Origin: Cyanobacteria bacterium J06626_4
GTDB lineage: Bacteria; Cyanobacteriota; Cyanobacteriia; Phormidesmidales; Phormidesmidaceae
Direction: 5' to 3'
NCBI GenBank assembly: GCA_038523235.1
Contig: JBCBJQ010000034.1
Coordinates: 1 to 52,479, forward strand
Length of the DNA stretch: 52,479 nt
The notes beneath the pieces were generated by a model. The model had not been told where the DNA came from and did not search any database. It saw only the letters and a program-made list of their open reading frames with translations. Below are positions 29,954 through 40,350 of the stretch, in pieces (positions within the stretch are counted from its first letter, which is position 1; the number at the start of each line of letters is the position of its first letter). Made by a program: the position numbers and the translations under genes.

Positions 29954-30072
29954 TAATACCAGTTCTGCAAAATAGCGCTACAGGTCGGCGATCCCCCGCT
30001 GTCGCTGCCCCCTTGTCGAAGGGGGCTACACACTTTTGGGGATGTGTAGTCTAAATTCAGCAAATTGATATA
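29954..30072. mobile_element. MITE-like element, copy 2
   Basis: Near-identical to 13681-13798; abuts the stop codon of 30075-30404. Confidence 0.8.
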
Positions 30073-30074
30073 AG

Positions 30075-30404
30075 TCAATCCGCCGAAGTTGAGTTGTCTG
30101 AGACCGGTTCACCTTCTTCCAGAAACGCTAACAGCGTGCCCAATCGCATGCGTTGAATGTACGGCCAGCCACCGTTCAGCTCGATGTCTCGCAGCAGAGC
30201 ATAGAGTCGCTGGCGATTGGTGGGAAGTGTCTCTTGAAACCACTCATCGCGAATATAGCTGTGTAAGAGTTCTAGCAGTCGCAGCAGCTCTAACAGCGCA
30301 ATCTCATCGCCCTGGCGATCGCGACCCGCTTGCTCAATCGCTCGCGCTAGCCTTTGCAGCTCCGGCGGCAAATTTTCTAGGTCTAAGGCAACGTGATCGC
30401 CCAT
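30075..30404 (-). CDS. Conserved cyanobacterial hypothetical protein
   Basis: LLRLLE.LH..IR, LPTNRQ.LY.LL.DIE..GGWPYI.RM pattern. Confidence 0.75.
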   Translation of the reverse strand: MGDHVALDLENLPPELQRLARAIEQAGRDRQGDEIALLELLRLLELLHSYIRDEWFQETLPTNRQRLYALLRDIELNGGWPYIQRMRLGTLLAFLEEGEPVSDNSTSAD

Positions 30405-30796
30405 CGGTATTACACTCCCATCCAGCCTTCAAATACGCCCTCATTACTCTATCGGTTTCTTTCGCAGCGATCGGGAGATTAATCTTGTTTACAATTCTTC
30501 AGGTTTACCGGGGAATCTAGTTGGTCTTCTGTGCTGGGGGGCTAAGCCATGTAGAATGCTATCTTGAGGCTTCACGTGGCACTTATCGGCAGATTATTCT
30601 CATCTCACAACACCCGGTTTGGGGCAGTGTTTATGAGGATGCCTTCGGTCAGGATTTTGATTGATCCCCGGTTGTTTTGTTGCAAATTGACCGGGGATAG
30701 CGGTGAGCGCTGAAGGGTCGAGTCCACCAAAGCCTGCTTTTATAGTCTGTAATTACAGAACTCCACATAGAGACTCTATTGCTTTTGAGGTTGACC

Positions 30797-31636
30797 ATGA
30801 GGTATCGCGCGCTCGTTGCTGCTTGCTTGGCAGTATGCCTGGGATTTCTAACCGCTTGTAGTGGCGGCCCCGTGGCCACTGCCGACGTTCCCCTGACTTA
30901 CGATGAAATCCGTAATACTGGGCTAGCAAACAAGTGTCCTCAGCTGTCTGAAGCGGCTCGGGGCACCATCGAGATTTCAGGTGACAAGGCCTATCAAATT
31001 GCCGGCCTGTGTTTAGAACCCACTAACTTCTTCGTCAAAGAAGAGCCGACTAACAGCCGCCGGGAAGCGGAATTCATTCCGGGTAAGTCGCTCACTCGCT
31101 ACACCTCCTCCCTGGATCAGGTGCGCGGGCAGCTACGACTTGAAGGTGATGGCAGCCTAACGTTTTTAGAAAAAGACGGCATGGACTTTCAGGCCATTAC
31201 CGTGCAGCTACCGGGTGGCGAGCAAGAGCCGTTCCTGTTCACCATTAAAGGGTTGACGGCTCGGTCTCAAGACGGTCTCAACGCCATCACTACTTACACT
31301 GATTTGAAAGGTAGCTATCGGGTGCCCTCCTACCGCACTTCGAATTTCTTAGATCCGAAGGGTCGGGGTTTGGCCACCGGCTATGACTACGCCGTAGCAC
31401 TGCCAGGCAGTGGCGACAGCGAAGAGCTCCGCCGGGAAAACATGAAAGCGTTTGACATTGGCCAAGGTGAAATCGCGCTGATGATTTCTAAGGTTGATGC
31501 AGCCACGGGTGAAATTGCTGGCACGTTTGAAGCACTGCAGCCCTCTGACACTGATATGGGCACGGCAGAGCCGGTCGATATCAAGGTTCAAGGCATCTTC
31601 TACGGCTATGTCGAAGAAGGGTTTGAAGCCGCTTAA
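30797..31636 (+). CDS. psbO: Photosystem II manganese-stabilizing protein
   Basis: LTYDEIRNTGLANKCP, DFQAITVQLPGGE, VPSYR..NFLDPKGRG, QPSDTDMG. Confidence 0.97.
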   Translation: MRYRALVAACLAVCLGFLTACSGGPVATADVPLTYDEIRNTGLANKCPQLSEAARGTIEISGDKAYQIAGLCLEPTNFFVKEEPTNSRREAEFIPGKSLTRYTSSLDQVRGQLRLEGDGSLTFLEKDGMDFQAITVQLPGGEQEPFLFTIKGLTARSQDGLNAITTYTDLKGSYRVPSYRTSNFLDPKGRGLATGYDYAVALPGSGDSEELRRENMKAFDIGQGEIALMISKVDAATGEIAGTFEALQPSDTDMGTAEPVDIKVQGIFYGYVEEGFEAA

Positions 31637-31682
31637 ATCGTTAAGCGATCGCTTTGAGATGCTTACTTAATTCGTTTGACTT

Positions 31683-31711
31683 AAGGGAGGTTGACCAACC
31701 TCCCTTTTTTT
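31683..31711 (+). terminator. Rho-independent terminator after psbO
   Basis: AAGGGAGGTTG-AC-CAACCTCCCTT followed by a T-run. Confidence 0.8.
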
Positions 31712-31847
31712 ATAGCCCTTGAATTTGAGCTGCGGGAATCCTGTTGCCCTGCCAATCCAGCCATTACGTTGAGCACAATCCCTGATGGGAAGGCTTATCA
31801 TCGAAGCAACCCGGACACACGCCTCAGCGGCTCCCTGAGCATTTGCC

Positions 31848-33299
31848 ATGACAACCCAGATGGCCGAGAATACGACTCCCTTCGATCACCCTCAACAGCG
31901 AACCCTTGACGGCCCCAAGGCGAAGGGACTGCGCCGCACGCTCCGCCTGCTGCGTTTGATACTGCAGCCCACACAGTATTTAGACGACAACGTGCGGCGC
32001 TATGGCCCGATGTTTCAGATTGGAGGCGACAGTTCGTCCCCGCTGGTCTATGTCGGTGACCCAGAGGTGGTGCGAGAGATTTTTCTACTGGATGGGACTC
32101 AGGCCCTGTCGGCACCGACGAATGCGGTGCTGCAGGTCATGGTGGGTGAGCATTCGATTCTGCTGCTGGACGGTGCGCCTCACCAGCGGCAGCGCAAATT
32201 ACTGATGCCGCCCTTCCACGGCGATCGCCTACGCACCTATGGGCAACTGATTAGCGACATCACCCGCCAAGTGAGTGCCGATTGGCAACCGGGCCAGTCG
32301 CTGCTGGCGCGGCCGCCGATGCAGACACTGACACTAGGGGTGATCTTGCAGGCGGTGTTTGGGTGGCGCGAAGGGGAACGACTGGCGGAGCTGCAGCGGC
32401 TCATGGGCACCCTGCTCGACTTTTTTGCGACCCCGATCAGTGCGAGTTTTCTCTTTTTTCCGGCATTGCGAAAAGACTGGGGCGTGGCGAGCCCTTGGGG
32501 CCGCTTTGTGGCCCTGAGAGAACGGGTACGGCAGCTGATTTATGCCGAGATTCGCGATCGCCGAGCCGACTTGGCCCAGCCCGATGTTGACCCGCACGCC
32601 AAGACCGATATTTTGACCCTGCTCCTGTTGGCCAGAGATGAACAGGGTCAGGCCATGACTGATGCCGAACTGCACGACGAGATCGTCACTCTACTGCTAG
32701 CCGGTCATGAAACCACCGCTTCTGCGCTGGTGTGGCTGCTGTACTGGATTCATTATTTGCCCGAGGTGCAGCAAAAGTTGCAAGCAGAACTGGCGGCACT
32801 GGGGCCTCAGGCTGACCCGATGGCGATCGCGCAGCTGCCCTACCTGACTGCCGTGTGCCAAGAAGCCTTGCGGATCTATCCCATCACCCCGACCACCTTT
32901 GCTCGCGTGCTGCGGGAACCGACCCCCCTGGCAGGCTATGACTTTGCTGCCGGCACCGCGCTCTTGCCCGCCACCTACATCATTCACCAACGCCCCGACC
33001 TGTATCCTCAGCCGCGCGAGTTTCGCCCTGAGCGATTTTTAGAGCGACAGTATGCGCCCCACGAATATCTGCCCTTTGGGGGCGGCCATCGGCGCTGCAT
33101 CGGCTCCGCTCTCGCCATGATGGAACTTAAGATTGGCATCGCGACGCTGCTGCAAGACTTTGTGTTGGCGTTGCCCGACAAGCGTCCTGTACTGCCTGCT
33201 CGCCGCGGTTTGACCCTGGCTCCGCCCGCTTCAATGCGCCTCCAGGTCAAGTCGCAGCGGCATTCTGCGCTCAGCTCTTCCCCAACCAGCAATCCCTAG
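31848..33299 (+). CDS. Cytochrome P450 (CYP110-like)
   Basis: AGHETT, EALR, PERF, PFGGGHRRCIG heme motif. Confidence 0.95.
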   Translation: MTTQMAENTTPFDHPQQRTLDGPKAKGLRRTLRLLRLILQPTQYLDDNVRRYGPMFQIGGDSSSPLVYVGDPEVVREIFLLDGTQALSAPTNAVLQVMVGEHSILLLDGAPHQRQRKLLMPPFHGDRLRTYGQLISDITRQVSADWQPGQSLLARPPMQTLTLGVILQAVFGWREGERLAELQRLMGTLLDFFATPISASFLFFPALRKDWGVASPWGRFVALRERVRQLIYAEIRDRRADLAQPDVDPHAKTDILTLLLLARDEQGQAMTDAELHDEIVTLLLAGHETTASALVWLLYWIHYLPEVQQKLQAELAALGPQADPMAIAQLPYLTAVCQEALRIYPITPTTFARVLREPTPLAGYDFAAGTALLPATYIIHQRPDLYPQPREFRPERFLERQYAPHEYLPFGGGHRRCIGSALAMMELKIGIATLLQDFVLALPDKRPVLPARRGLTLAPPASMRLQVKSQRHSALSSSPTSNP

Positions 33300-33570
33300 A
33301 CATCGATCAGACAATACGCCCGATTGACCCATCTGACTGGTTGCACCAAGGGCTGATGGGTCATGTTCTAGACCCGTGGAAGACTGCTGTCATCTTGCCT
33401 GTCCCAATTCGTAGCAATTGATAAACAGTCCGCCCAGCACCTGTTTCGAGTCTCACAAACAGGTTGCTTCCCCAGAATTCGTGAATGGGACAATCTCAGT
33501 CGCCTTCAGTAAAGCACTCTGCAGCGATTTACTGAAGCCTACCCAAGAGGCTTGACATAGCCGAATAAAT

Positions 33571-33819
33571 TTATTCGGCAAGAGGTCTATTCATATAACC
33601 GATTGTTAGGGATAAAAAAGCGCCGATATGAACAACCATGATCGCGCGATCTTTCCATAAAACGCCCACAATAAACCAAAGGATAATCCCCGCAATGAAA
33701 GCATAAACATTTAGCGGAGAGTAATTAAGACCAGTCAGACCGTATCCAATCAGTTGAACTATGGTTGCTATCCATTTGACCAAATTAACTGTTTCAACAG
33801 AAGCATTGCCAATTCTCAT
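33571..33819 (-). CDS. Small membrane protein (DUF6552-like)
   Basis: Three hydrophobic segments; KW.AT, P.N.Y, W..VG.LW.DRA. Confidence 0.6.
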   Translation of the reverse strand: MRIGNASVETVNLVKWIATIVQLIGYGLTGLNYSPLNVYAFIAGIILWFIVGVLWKDRAIMVVHIGAFLSLTIGYMNRPLAE

Positions 33820-34347
33820 AGTCGTTTCTGCATTATTTAGTCACTAAATAATATAGGTTCAACGTCAGCTCTGACAGATAATATTTCATCTGTCTGCCGG
33901 TATATCGCCGATCTGATTGTTAACTCTAGGAATAGGAGCTGTTAGCCACCATCTTTGACAGATAACGCCTCTTGATTAAGCCAGTGCAGCAATCAATGCG
34001 ACTATGGCATTTCAGTCTAAACTTCGCAAACTTCATGATTAGAAGGGAGTTAAAAGTCGCAAATGATTAAACGGTAAATCGCAACGGCGGCAGCCCCTTA
34101 TGGGCTGTCTGGTGAAGCAGGATAAGTCGGATTGAAGGCACCCTTCCATTAATCAAATATGCAGTGCAGTGCTCAGAATCCATAGCCTCAGCCCTCAAAC
34201 AGTTGCAGCATACATAGGCTTTAACTGCTGTCGCAGAATAAAGTGAATCTAGCAGAGCCTTGAAATTCAAGCTATGACGTTCTTCACTGCAGAATGCTAG
34301 AACAAGGCTTTCGCACTTAACTCTGTTGATAAGGTAAAGGGCCAGCA

Positions 34348-35835
34348 TCAGGTGGTTCCTTCGAAGCCCTCAGGATTGAAGTTCTCAGGATTATTGACAA
34401 CAGCAAACTGGCTCATCATCCCGGTATCTTCATGATCGAGGATGTGACAGTGAAGCATGTAGGGGATATCGGGATTGGTATAGGTATTGAAACGAGCCAG
34501 AATAACGACCTTATCTTTCCCCTTGAAGAAAATGGTATCTTCCCAGCCTTGTTCATAGGGTTCAGGTGGGCGACCATTCCGCTCTAATATTTGAAATTGA
34601 GTTTGATGCACATGGAAGACATGCCATCCTGACACGGATTTCAGCGTCCAAAGCTCGGTATCTCCGAACTTAATGACATCATCGATTCGATCCATTGCCA
34701 TCTGCTCACCATTAATTCCCCAGCCTTTGCCAACCTTGTCGAAGACAAACTCTCTACTCCGGTCAACTTCGCTGGGGTCGATTCTTTCAATGGTGTTGAG
34801 TGTTGATGGCAGGGGACCAGTCATCGCTGTCAGGGTCTTGTCAGTCCGAAGTTCAATCACTCGGCCAAAGGCAGAATCGAGTAAATTCAATCGATCAACA
34901 TCTTTGAGATCGACAATGATTTCAGCTCGCTCACCAGGAGAGAGGGTAAGCTGTTCCATCTCAATGGGATGATTCAAATACCCACCGTCAGACGCAAACA
35001 CAGTCATCTTTCCAGATTCGACACTTAGTTGGTAAAGACGCGCTTGACTGCCGTTGAGAAGGCGCAACCGCACCAGACCAGCGGGAACCTCAATGTAAGG
35101 ATCAAGGGTGCCGTTAACGGTTAAGTAAGGATAGTAGTACCCTTTTCCGAAATTACTGAGGGTGAAATCTAACTCACCATTTTCCTTAAAGGCTCTGTCT
35201 TGAAGAATGATAGGAATATCATCCATGCCATAGGTTGAGGGGAGTTGGCTAGCGACTGGATTATCGTCATCAACAATCATCAAACCAGCAGCGCCCCGAT
35301 AAACTTGCTCAGCCGTATGGTCCTTTAGATGTGGGTGATACCACAGCGTTGCCGCTTCTTGAATTACGTCGAATTCAGCTGTCCAAGTCTCGTTGGGGCG
35401 AGTCACACTGTGTGCGCCGCCATCCGCTACGGCAGGGACGTCAGCCCCATGCCAATGGGTCGTAGTGTCTTCATCTAGATGGTTAGTGACATCAATGACC
35501 GCATGATCGTCATAGTAAAGATGTAGGGTTGGGCCTAAGACACTTGCTTGGTTGTAAGCGATCGTGGGTGTCAACTGAGCCTGATGATAGTCATGGGCTG
35601 AAGTCTCTAAATCCAGATGATAGTGAGCGATACCATCTTCCATGCTGGGCTCAAGCAACGGTGGCACCGAGAGAGCATGAGTTGCTGGCACATCCGTAGC
35701 AACCTTCACAGCCGGATCGTCATTCAGAAAGGCATCTACGGCGACGATACCGCCAACGACTAAAAGACCGAGGATAAAAGACGCAATGATACGGTAGCGA
35801 GGCCGACGAAGAAACAGGAGCTTATTTTGGAACAT
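34348..35835 (-). CDS. Multicopper oxidase (CueO/laccase-like)
   Basis: HWHG, WYHPH, HVFHVH, HCHILDHEDTGMM; N-terminal TM or signal. Confidence 0.93.
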   Translation of the reverse strand: MFQNKLLFLRRPRYRIIASFILGLLVVGGIVAVDAFLNDDPAVKVATDVPATHALSVPPLLEPSMEDGIAHYHLDLETSAHDYHQAQLTPTIAYNQASVLGPTLHLYYDDHAVIDVTNHLDEDTTTHWHGADVPAVADGGAHSVTRPNETWTAEFDVIQEAATLWYHPHLKDHTAEQVYRGAAGLMIVDDDNPVASQLPSTYGMDDIPIILQDRAFKENGELDFTLSNFGKGYYYPYLTVNGTLDPYIEVPAGLVRLRLLNGSQARLYQLSVESGKMTVFASDGGYLNHPIEMEQLTLSPGERAEIIVDLKDVDRLNLLDSAFGRVIELRTDKTLTAMTGPLPSTLNTIERIDPSEVDRSREFVFDKVGKGWGINGEQMAMDRIDDVIKFGDTELWTLKSVSGWHVFHVHQTQFQILERNGRPPEPYEQGWEDTIFFKGKDKVVILARFNTYTNPDIPYMLHCHILDHEDTGMMSQFAVVNNPENFNPEGFEGTT

Positions 35836-36101
35836 TTCAGGTCTGCGGAATGAACATCAGGGTCGTAGCCTAAAAAATTAATTTCATACTTCATTTCCCA
35901 TCACACTTATCAGCCCAACCAGCCTCGGTATCTCCACAAACCCAAAACACCACTCCCGCCTCCCAACATGCCCTGTCGAGTTTAATCTCTTATCGCTTTG
36001 GCGATCTAAATCGTTAGGAATGTTGTCTCCCTGATTTGCTGATGAATTAACACTCCGGCTTATGTACTTCCTCCCCTCCCATACAACAGTCCACGACATA
36101 G

Positions 36102-36950
36102 TTAAGGACATATCCCTCGTTGCGGCTTGTTCCCAGACTGGGGATGGATTTCAGGTTTTTCAGGAACCATTAAATACCGCTGATAGACGTCTTGAGCAAC
36201 TTGTTTACTGGCACTGGCAACATATCGAAAGTTATAGGTGCGGAGGCCTTTGAGTCCACCTAAGGCTTGAAAGACATCGGAACATTCGGTAAAGTCTTGC
36301 CCCGTGGCATCAATCAGTGCGCCGCCTTTTTGTTTGAGAAATGCGATCGCCCCACACACATCCCAAAAAGATCCCTTCCCCATCAAGGCAAAGTCGAGTC
36401 GCGGTCGGGGACGATGTCGAGAGTCACAGCACCACAGCAGGGTGGGCACCGCCGCGCCCAACTGACGTCGCTTGAGGGTGAGCCCCTCCAGAGGAACGTT
36501 CTCAAACGTACTGTCGATGCCGTAAAACTGAGCTGCTGATAAGGTTTTTAGTGGTTGTGTGATCGGCAGCCCCGCCGTGCTGCAAAAGGTTTCGCCCGTA
36601 AACGGTAATGAGATAATGCCGCTGTCTACAACACCCTGCTTCATCAGGCCAATAGAAATGGCCCACAGGGGAATGCCCGCCTTAAAGTTGGCGGTGCCAT
36701 CGAGAGGATCGACCAAAAACCAGGTGCCATCCTGGGACGGTTTATCTTGACCAATTTCTTCGGCCACAATGCCGGCGGCGGGAAAGTCTCGTTCAATGGC
36801 AGATAAAATCATGCGCTGCGATCGCACATCCACCTCAGAAACAAAGTCAAACGGAGCGGCTTTAGTGCTGAATGCAATCGTCGCATCATTAAACACCCGC
36901 TTTTGATATTGGGCCACCGCCGCAACAGTCTGGATTAGACGTCCAATCAT
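36102..36950 (-). CDS. Inositol monophosphatase/CysQ superfamily phosphatase
   Basis: DFVSEVD, AEE, DPLDGTANF, WD.CGA. Confidence 0.88.
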   Translation of the reverse strand: MIGRLIQTVAAVAQYQKRVFNDATIAFSTKAAPFDFVSEVDVRSQRMILSAIERDFPAAGIVAEEIGQDKPSQDGTWFLVDPLDGTANFKAGIPLWAISIGLMKQGVVDSGIISLPFTGETFCSTAGLPITQPLKTLSAAQFYGIDSTFENVPLEGLTLKRRQLGAAVPTLLWCCDSRHRPRPRLDFALMGKGSFWDVCGAIAFLKQKGGALIDATGQDFTECSDVFQALGGLKGLRTYNFRYVASASKQVAQDVYQRYLMVPEKPEIHPQSGNKPQRGICP

Positions 36951-37400
36951 AATCTCAGTGATTTTTAAGCCTCAAAAGAGAGACCTTAGGCTGATCGATC
37001 TCCACCATGACGCCACTCCTATCAGTATTTTTATGGGCTCATCATAGGTATTTAGTTAGGTCTAGTCACCTGACATTAGAACTAGACATTGTCCCTAACG
37101 AAATCAGCAGGTATCGCCACAGACTGACGCCAAAATGTCCATAACCCTGACTCATGCCCTCACAAAATCAATAGGCAGCTGGATGCCAGATTTGCTCTAC
37201 TGACTTCACTGACAGGGATCAATGTCTTGCTCAATCAGGATTCTAGAAGCTTAGAAAATCCAGCTAAAAACACTCCTAAAAAACTGTTCTAAATCCCCAT
37301 AGAATCCAGAGTTACGGTTGCCCAGCAGTCCGACTAAGCTATGACAGCATTCAAATTCCCCCCGCCACAGTCAATTGATTATCGTTTCTTAGGAAAGCAG

Positions 37401-39155
37401 ATGGAGAGAGTGACCCAGTCTTCTAACCGCATCTCCAAACGGAAGCCATCAAAGATAGAAAGCATTAAGGCGAATAGTAATTTTTTGCGCGAGCCTTTGG
37501 CGACAGAGCTATCCCAAGAGACCACTCACTTTAGTGAAGCGGCCCTACAAATCCTCAAGTTTCACGGGTCTTATCAACAAGATAACCGTGACAATCGCGT
37601 CAAAGGGCAAGAAAAAGACTATCAAATGATGTTACGGACAAGGACACCTGGCGGCATTGTTCCGCCTCAGTTTTATCTCGCCCTTGATCGCCTGTCAGAT
37701 CTCTATGGCAACCACACCCTCAGAGCTACTAGCCGTCAGGCTTTTCAAATGCATGGAGTGCCCAAGCAGACTCTAAAAATAGTCATTGCTGATATTATCC
37801 GCAGCATGGGGTCAACCCTGGGAGCTTGTGGCGACCTTAACCGCAATGTGATGGCACCAGCTGCACCCTTTAAGCAGCGTCCAGACTATAAATACGCCTG
37901 GGAATATGCCCATAATGTCGCCAATCTATTTACCCCACAAACGGGGGCCTACTATGAAATTTGGCTAGATGGCGACAAGATCATCAGTGGAGAAGAAGAT
38001 CCCCAACAAAAAGTCGCCCGGCAGCCAACCCTCCAGACTGAAAAACTCCCCGAATCGGTAGAACCTTGGTATGGTCCTAACTATCTCCCCAGAAAGTTTA
38101 AGTGTTGCGTAACCGTGCCAGGGGATAACTCCGTTGATGTGTATACCCACGACATTAGTTTGGTTGTCATCACCAATCAAGCTGGTGAGCTAGAGGGCTT
38201 CAATGTGCTCACAGGCGGAGGGATGGGACGCACCCACAATAAAGAAGACACCTTTGCCCGTTTATCCGATCCCCTGGGTTATGTCGATAAAGATGACGTC
38301 TACACCCTCCTCACCACCATTGGGGCCATTCAAAGAGACTATGGCGATCGCACCAATCGTCTGCACGCCAGGATGAAATACCTGATCCACGACTGGGGTA
38401 TCGATACCTTTAAAGCCAAGGTCGAAGCTCATTTTGGTAAACCTTTACAGCCCTTTAGGGAACTCCCCCCCTGGCAGTATCAAGACTTTTTAGGATGGCA
38501 TGAACAAGGGGACGGCAAACTGTTTCTCGGTATTTTAGTCGAGAATGGCCGGATTCAAGATGATGGCAGTCGCCAGCTAAAAACAGCTTTGCGGGAAATC
38601 GTCCAGCAGTTTAATTTACCGTTGCGCCTCACCCCGAACCACAACATTATCCTCTCTGAGATTGAGCGATCGCACCACCAAGCAATCACCACCATTTTGG
38701 TCACCCACGGGGTTGAAATTGACCCCCATCATCTCAATGGTCTGACTCGTTATGCCATGGCGTGTCCAGCATTACCCACCTGTGGTTTAGCCATTACCGA
38801 ATCAGAAAGAGTCTTGCCCAGTGTTTTAGACCGTATTCACCAATTGCTCACGAAGTTAGACATGGCTAACGAACCTTTGGTGATTCGCATGACGGGCTGT
38901 CCTAATGGCTGTGTTCGACCCTATCTTGCCGAATTGGGGCTGGTCGGCAGTGGGCCTGGCACCTATCAAGTCTGGCTGGGAGGCACGCCAGAGGGTACTC
39001 ACCTGGCCCAGCCCTGGGGACAAAATCTACAGATTGACCAATTAGAAGCTTTTTTAGAACCCCTATTCCGCCATTTTCAAACGCACCGGGAGCAGCATGA
39101 ACGCTTTGGAGCCTTCTGCAATCGCATCGGACTTGATACCTTAACAAGAATTTAG
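37401..39155 (+). CDS. sir: Ferredoxin-dependent sulfite reductase
   Basis: [37 protein letters not shown] and TGCPNGC siroheme/4Fe-4S motifs; start 37401 or 37410. Confidence 0.93.
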   Translation: MERVTQSSNRISKRKPSKIESIKANSNFLREPLATELSQETTHFSEAALQILKFHGSYQQDNRDNRVKGQEKDYQMMLRTRTPGGIVPPQFYLALDRLSDLYGNHTLRATSRQAFQMHGVPKQTLKIVIADIIRSMGSTLGACGDLNRNVMAPAAPFKQRPDYKYAWEYAHNVANLFTPQTGAYYEIWLDGDKIISGEEDPQQKVARQPTLQTEKLPESVEPWYGPNYLPRKFKCCVTVPGDNSVDVYTHDISLVVITNQAGELEGFNVLTGGGMGRTHNKEDTFARLSDPLGYVDKDDVYTLLTTIGAIQRDYGDRTNRLHARMKYLIHDWGIDTFKAKVEAHFGKPLQPFRELPPWQYQDFLGWHEQGDGKLFLGILVENGRIQDDGSRQLKTALREIVQQFNLPLRLTPNHNIILSEIERSHHQAITTILVTHGVEIDPHHLNGLTRYAMACPALPTCGLAITESERVLPSVLDRIHQLLTKLDMANEPLVIRMTGCPNGCVRPYLAELGLVGSGPGTYQVWLGGTPEGTHLAQPWGQNLQIDQLEAFLEPLFRHFQTHREQHERFGAFCNRIGLDTLTRI

Positions 39156-39164
39156 GTGCTTTCC

Positions 39165-39491
39165 ATGACCCATTATCTCATTTTAGAATCGAGAGATCCT
39201 TTCGACTCTGCTGACTGGAAAACGATGCAGGAAATGATTATTAGTCTCAAGAAAAGTGGCCATGATGTGACGCTCTTTCTCTTACAAAATGGAGTTCTCA
39301 TTGCGCGAAAAGGGACTTCGTTTGAGTCGCATTTTTTCAATCTAAAAGCCTTAGGAATCAACATTTTAGCCGACTTCTTTGCTTTGCAAGAACGAGGAAT
39401 TCAAAATATGGTGATGGGCGTAGAACAAAGCCATCTCGATCGACTCATTCAACTGTGCTTAACCCCAAATACTAAGACCATTTGGCACTAA
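39165..39491 (+). CDS. DsrE/F/H-fold protein (DsrH/TusB-like)
   Basis: VTLFLLQNGV..AR, AD.FAL.ERGI; starts 9 nt after the sir stop. Confidence 0.75.
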   Translation: MTHYLILESRDPFDSADWKTMQEMIISLKKSGHDVTLFLLQNGVLIARKGTSFESHFFNLKALGINILADFFALQERGIQNMVMGVEQSHLDRLIQLCLTPNTKTIWH

Positions 39492-39502
39492 TCAGGAATC
39501 TT

Positions 39503-39913
39503 ATGTCACCTCAAACTCTCAGCATTGCCATCATGGATGCCCCCTATGAGTCTGCCAACTCCACCACGGCGCTCAGAATCATTCATAGCGCCTTAAATCA
39601 AGGACACCATGTGCATGTCTTTGCCTACGAAGGCGCTGTGAATTTAACCATGAAAGCCCAGGCTCCCCACGCTAACGCCATTAAAGGAACAACCGTAGAA
39701 GAAGAAAACCATCCCACCACCAAAGATTGGATTACCGCGTTGTTTCAACTGGCGAAAGCCAAAGGAGTCACGCTGAAGTGGGTTAACTGTGGTCTGTGTG
39801 TCGATGAAAGAGGGGCCGGTGATTGGATTGATGGAGTCCACAGAGGCGGTCCTCAAGACTTTATTCAATCTGTACAAGCCAGTGATGGCGTATTAGTCAT
39901 TCCGACACATTAA
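39503..39913 (+). CDS. DsrE/TusD-like sulfur-transfer protein
   Basis: APYES, VFAYEGAV, WVNCGLCVDERG (Cys at the TusD/DsrE active-site position). Confidence 0.8.
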   Translation: MSPQTLSIAIMDAPYESANSTTALRIIHSALNQGHHVHVFAYEGAVNLTMKAQAPHANAIKGTTVEEENHPTTKDWITALFQLAKAKGVTLKWVNCGLCVDERGAGDWIDGVHRGGPQDFIQSVQASDGVLVIPTH

Positions 39914-39923
39914 GGGAAACAGC

Positions 39924-40304
39924 ATGAAAGTACTCAATATTGTTGAAACTGCCTACAGAGCCACCCTAGAGGAACAGGACGATACCATTCTTTGGCTGAG
40001 TCAGAGTTTTCACCATGCGGATGTGGATATTTCAATTTTGCTGAGGGGAAATGCGGTTAACTATCTCGTCAAAGGGCAAACGCCATTCAATTTAAGCTTT
40101 GGCACCTGGCAACAAACCCAGCCACCAGCGTTAGACCGCGACCTGGAGATGATGATGGCTAAGGATATTGCCGTGTATGCGATCGCCAATGATATTCAAG
40201 CTCGGGCTTTACCCTCAGATCGCCTGATAGAGGGCATATCACTTATTCAAAAAAGCGAGATTGCCGAGCTGTTTGAGCAGTTTGATCATGTCTGGCATTG
40301 GTGA
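39924..40304 (+). CDS. DsrF/TusC-like protein
   Basis: LNIVETAY, LLRGNAVNY, D...R.L, ELFEQFDHV; no Cys. Confidence 0.75.
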   Translation: MKVLNIVETAYRATLEEQDDTILWLSQSFHHADVDISILLRGNAVNYLVKGQTPFNLSFGTWQQTQPPALDRDLEMMMAKDIAVYAIANDIQARALPSDRLIEGISLIQKSEIAELFEQFDHVWHW

Positions 40305-40350
40305 GTTCAACAGGAGCATCCCACTTTTACAAAACTAGGGTGCGCTCAGC

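Noticed and set aside
30520..30796. Long psbO leader as an ncRNA
   Set aside because: No RNA family recognisable by eye; needs an Rfam search
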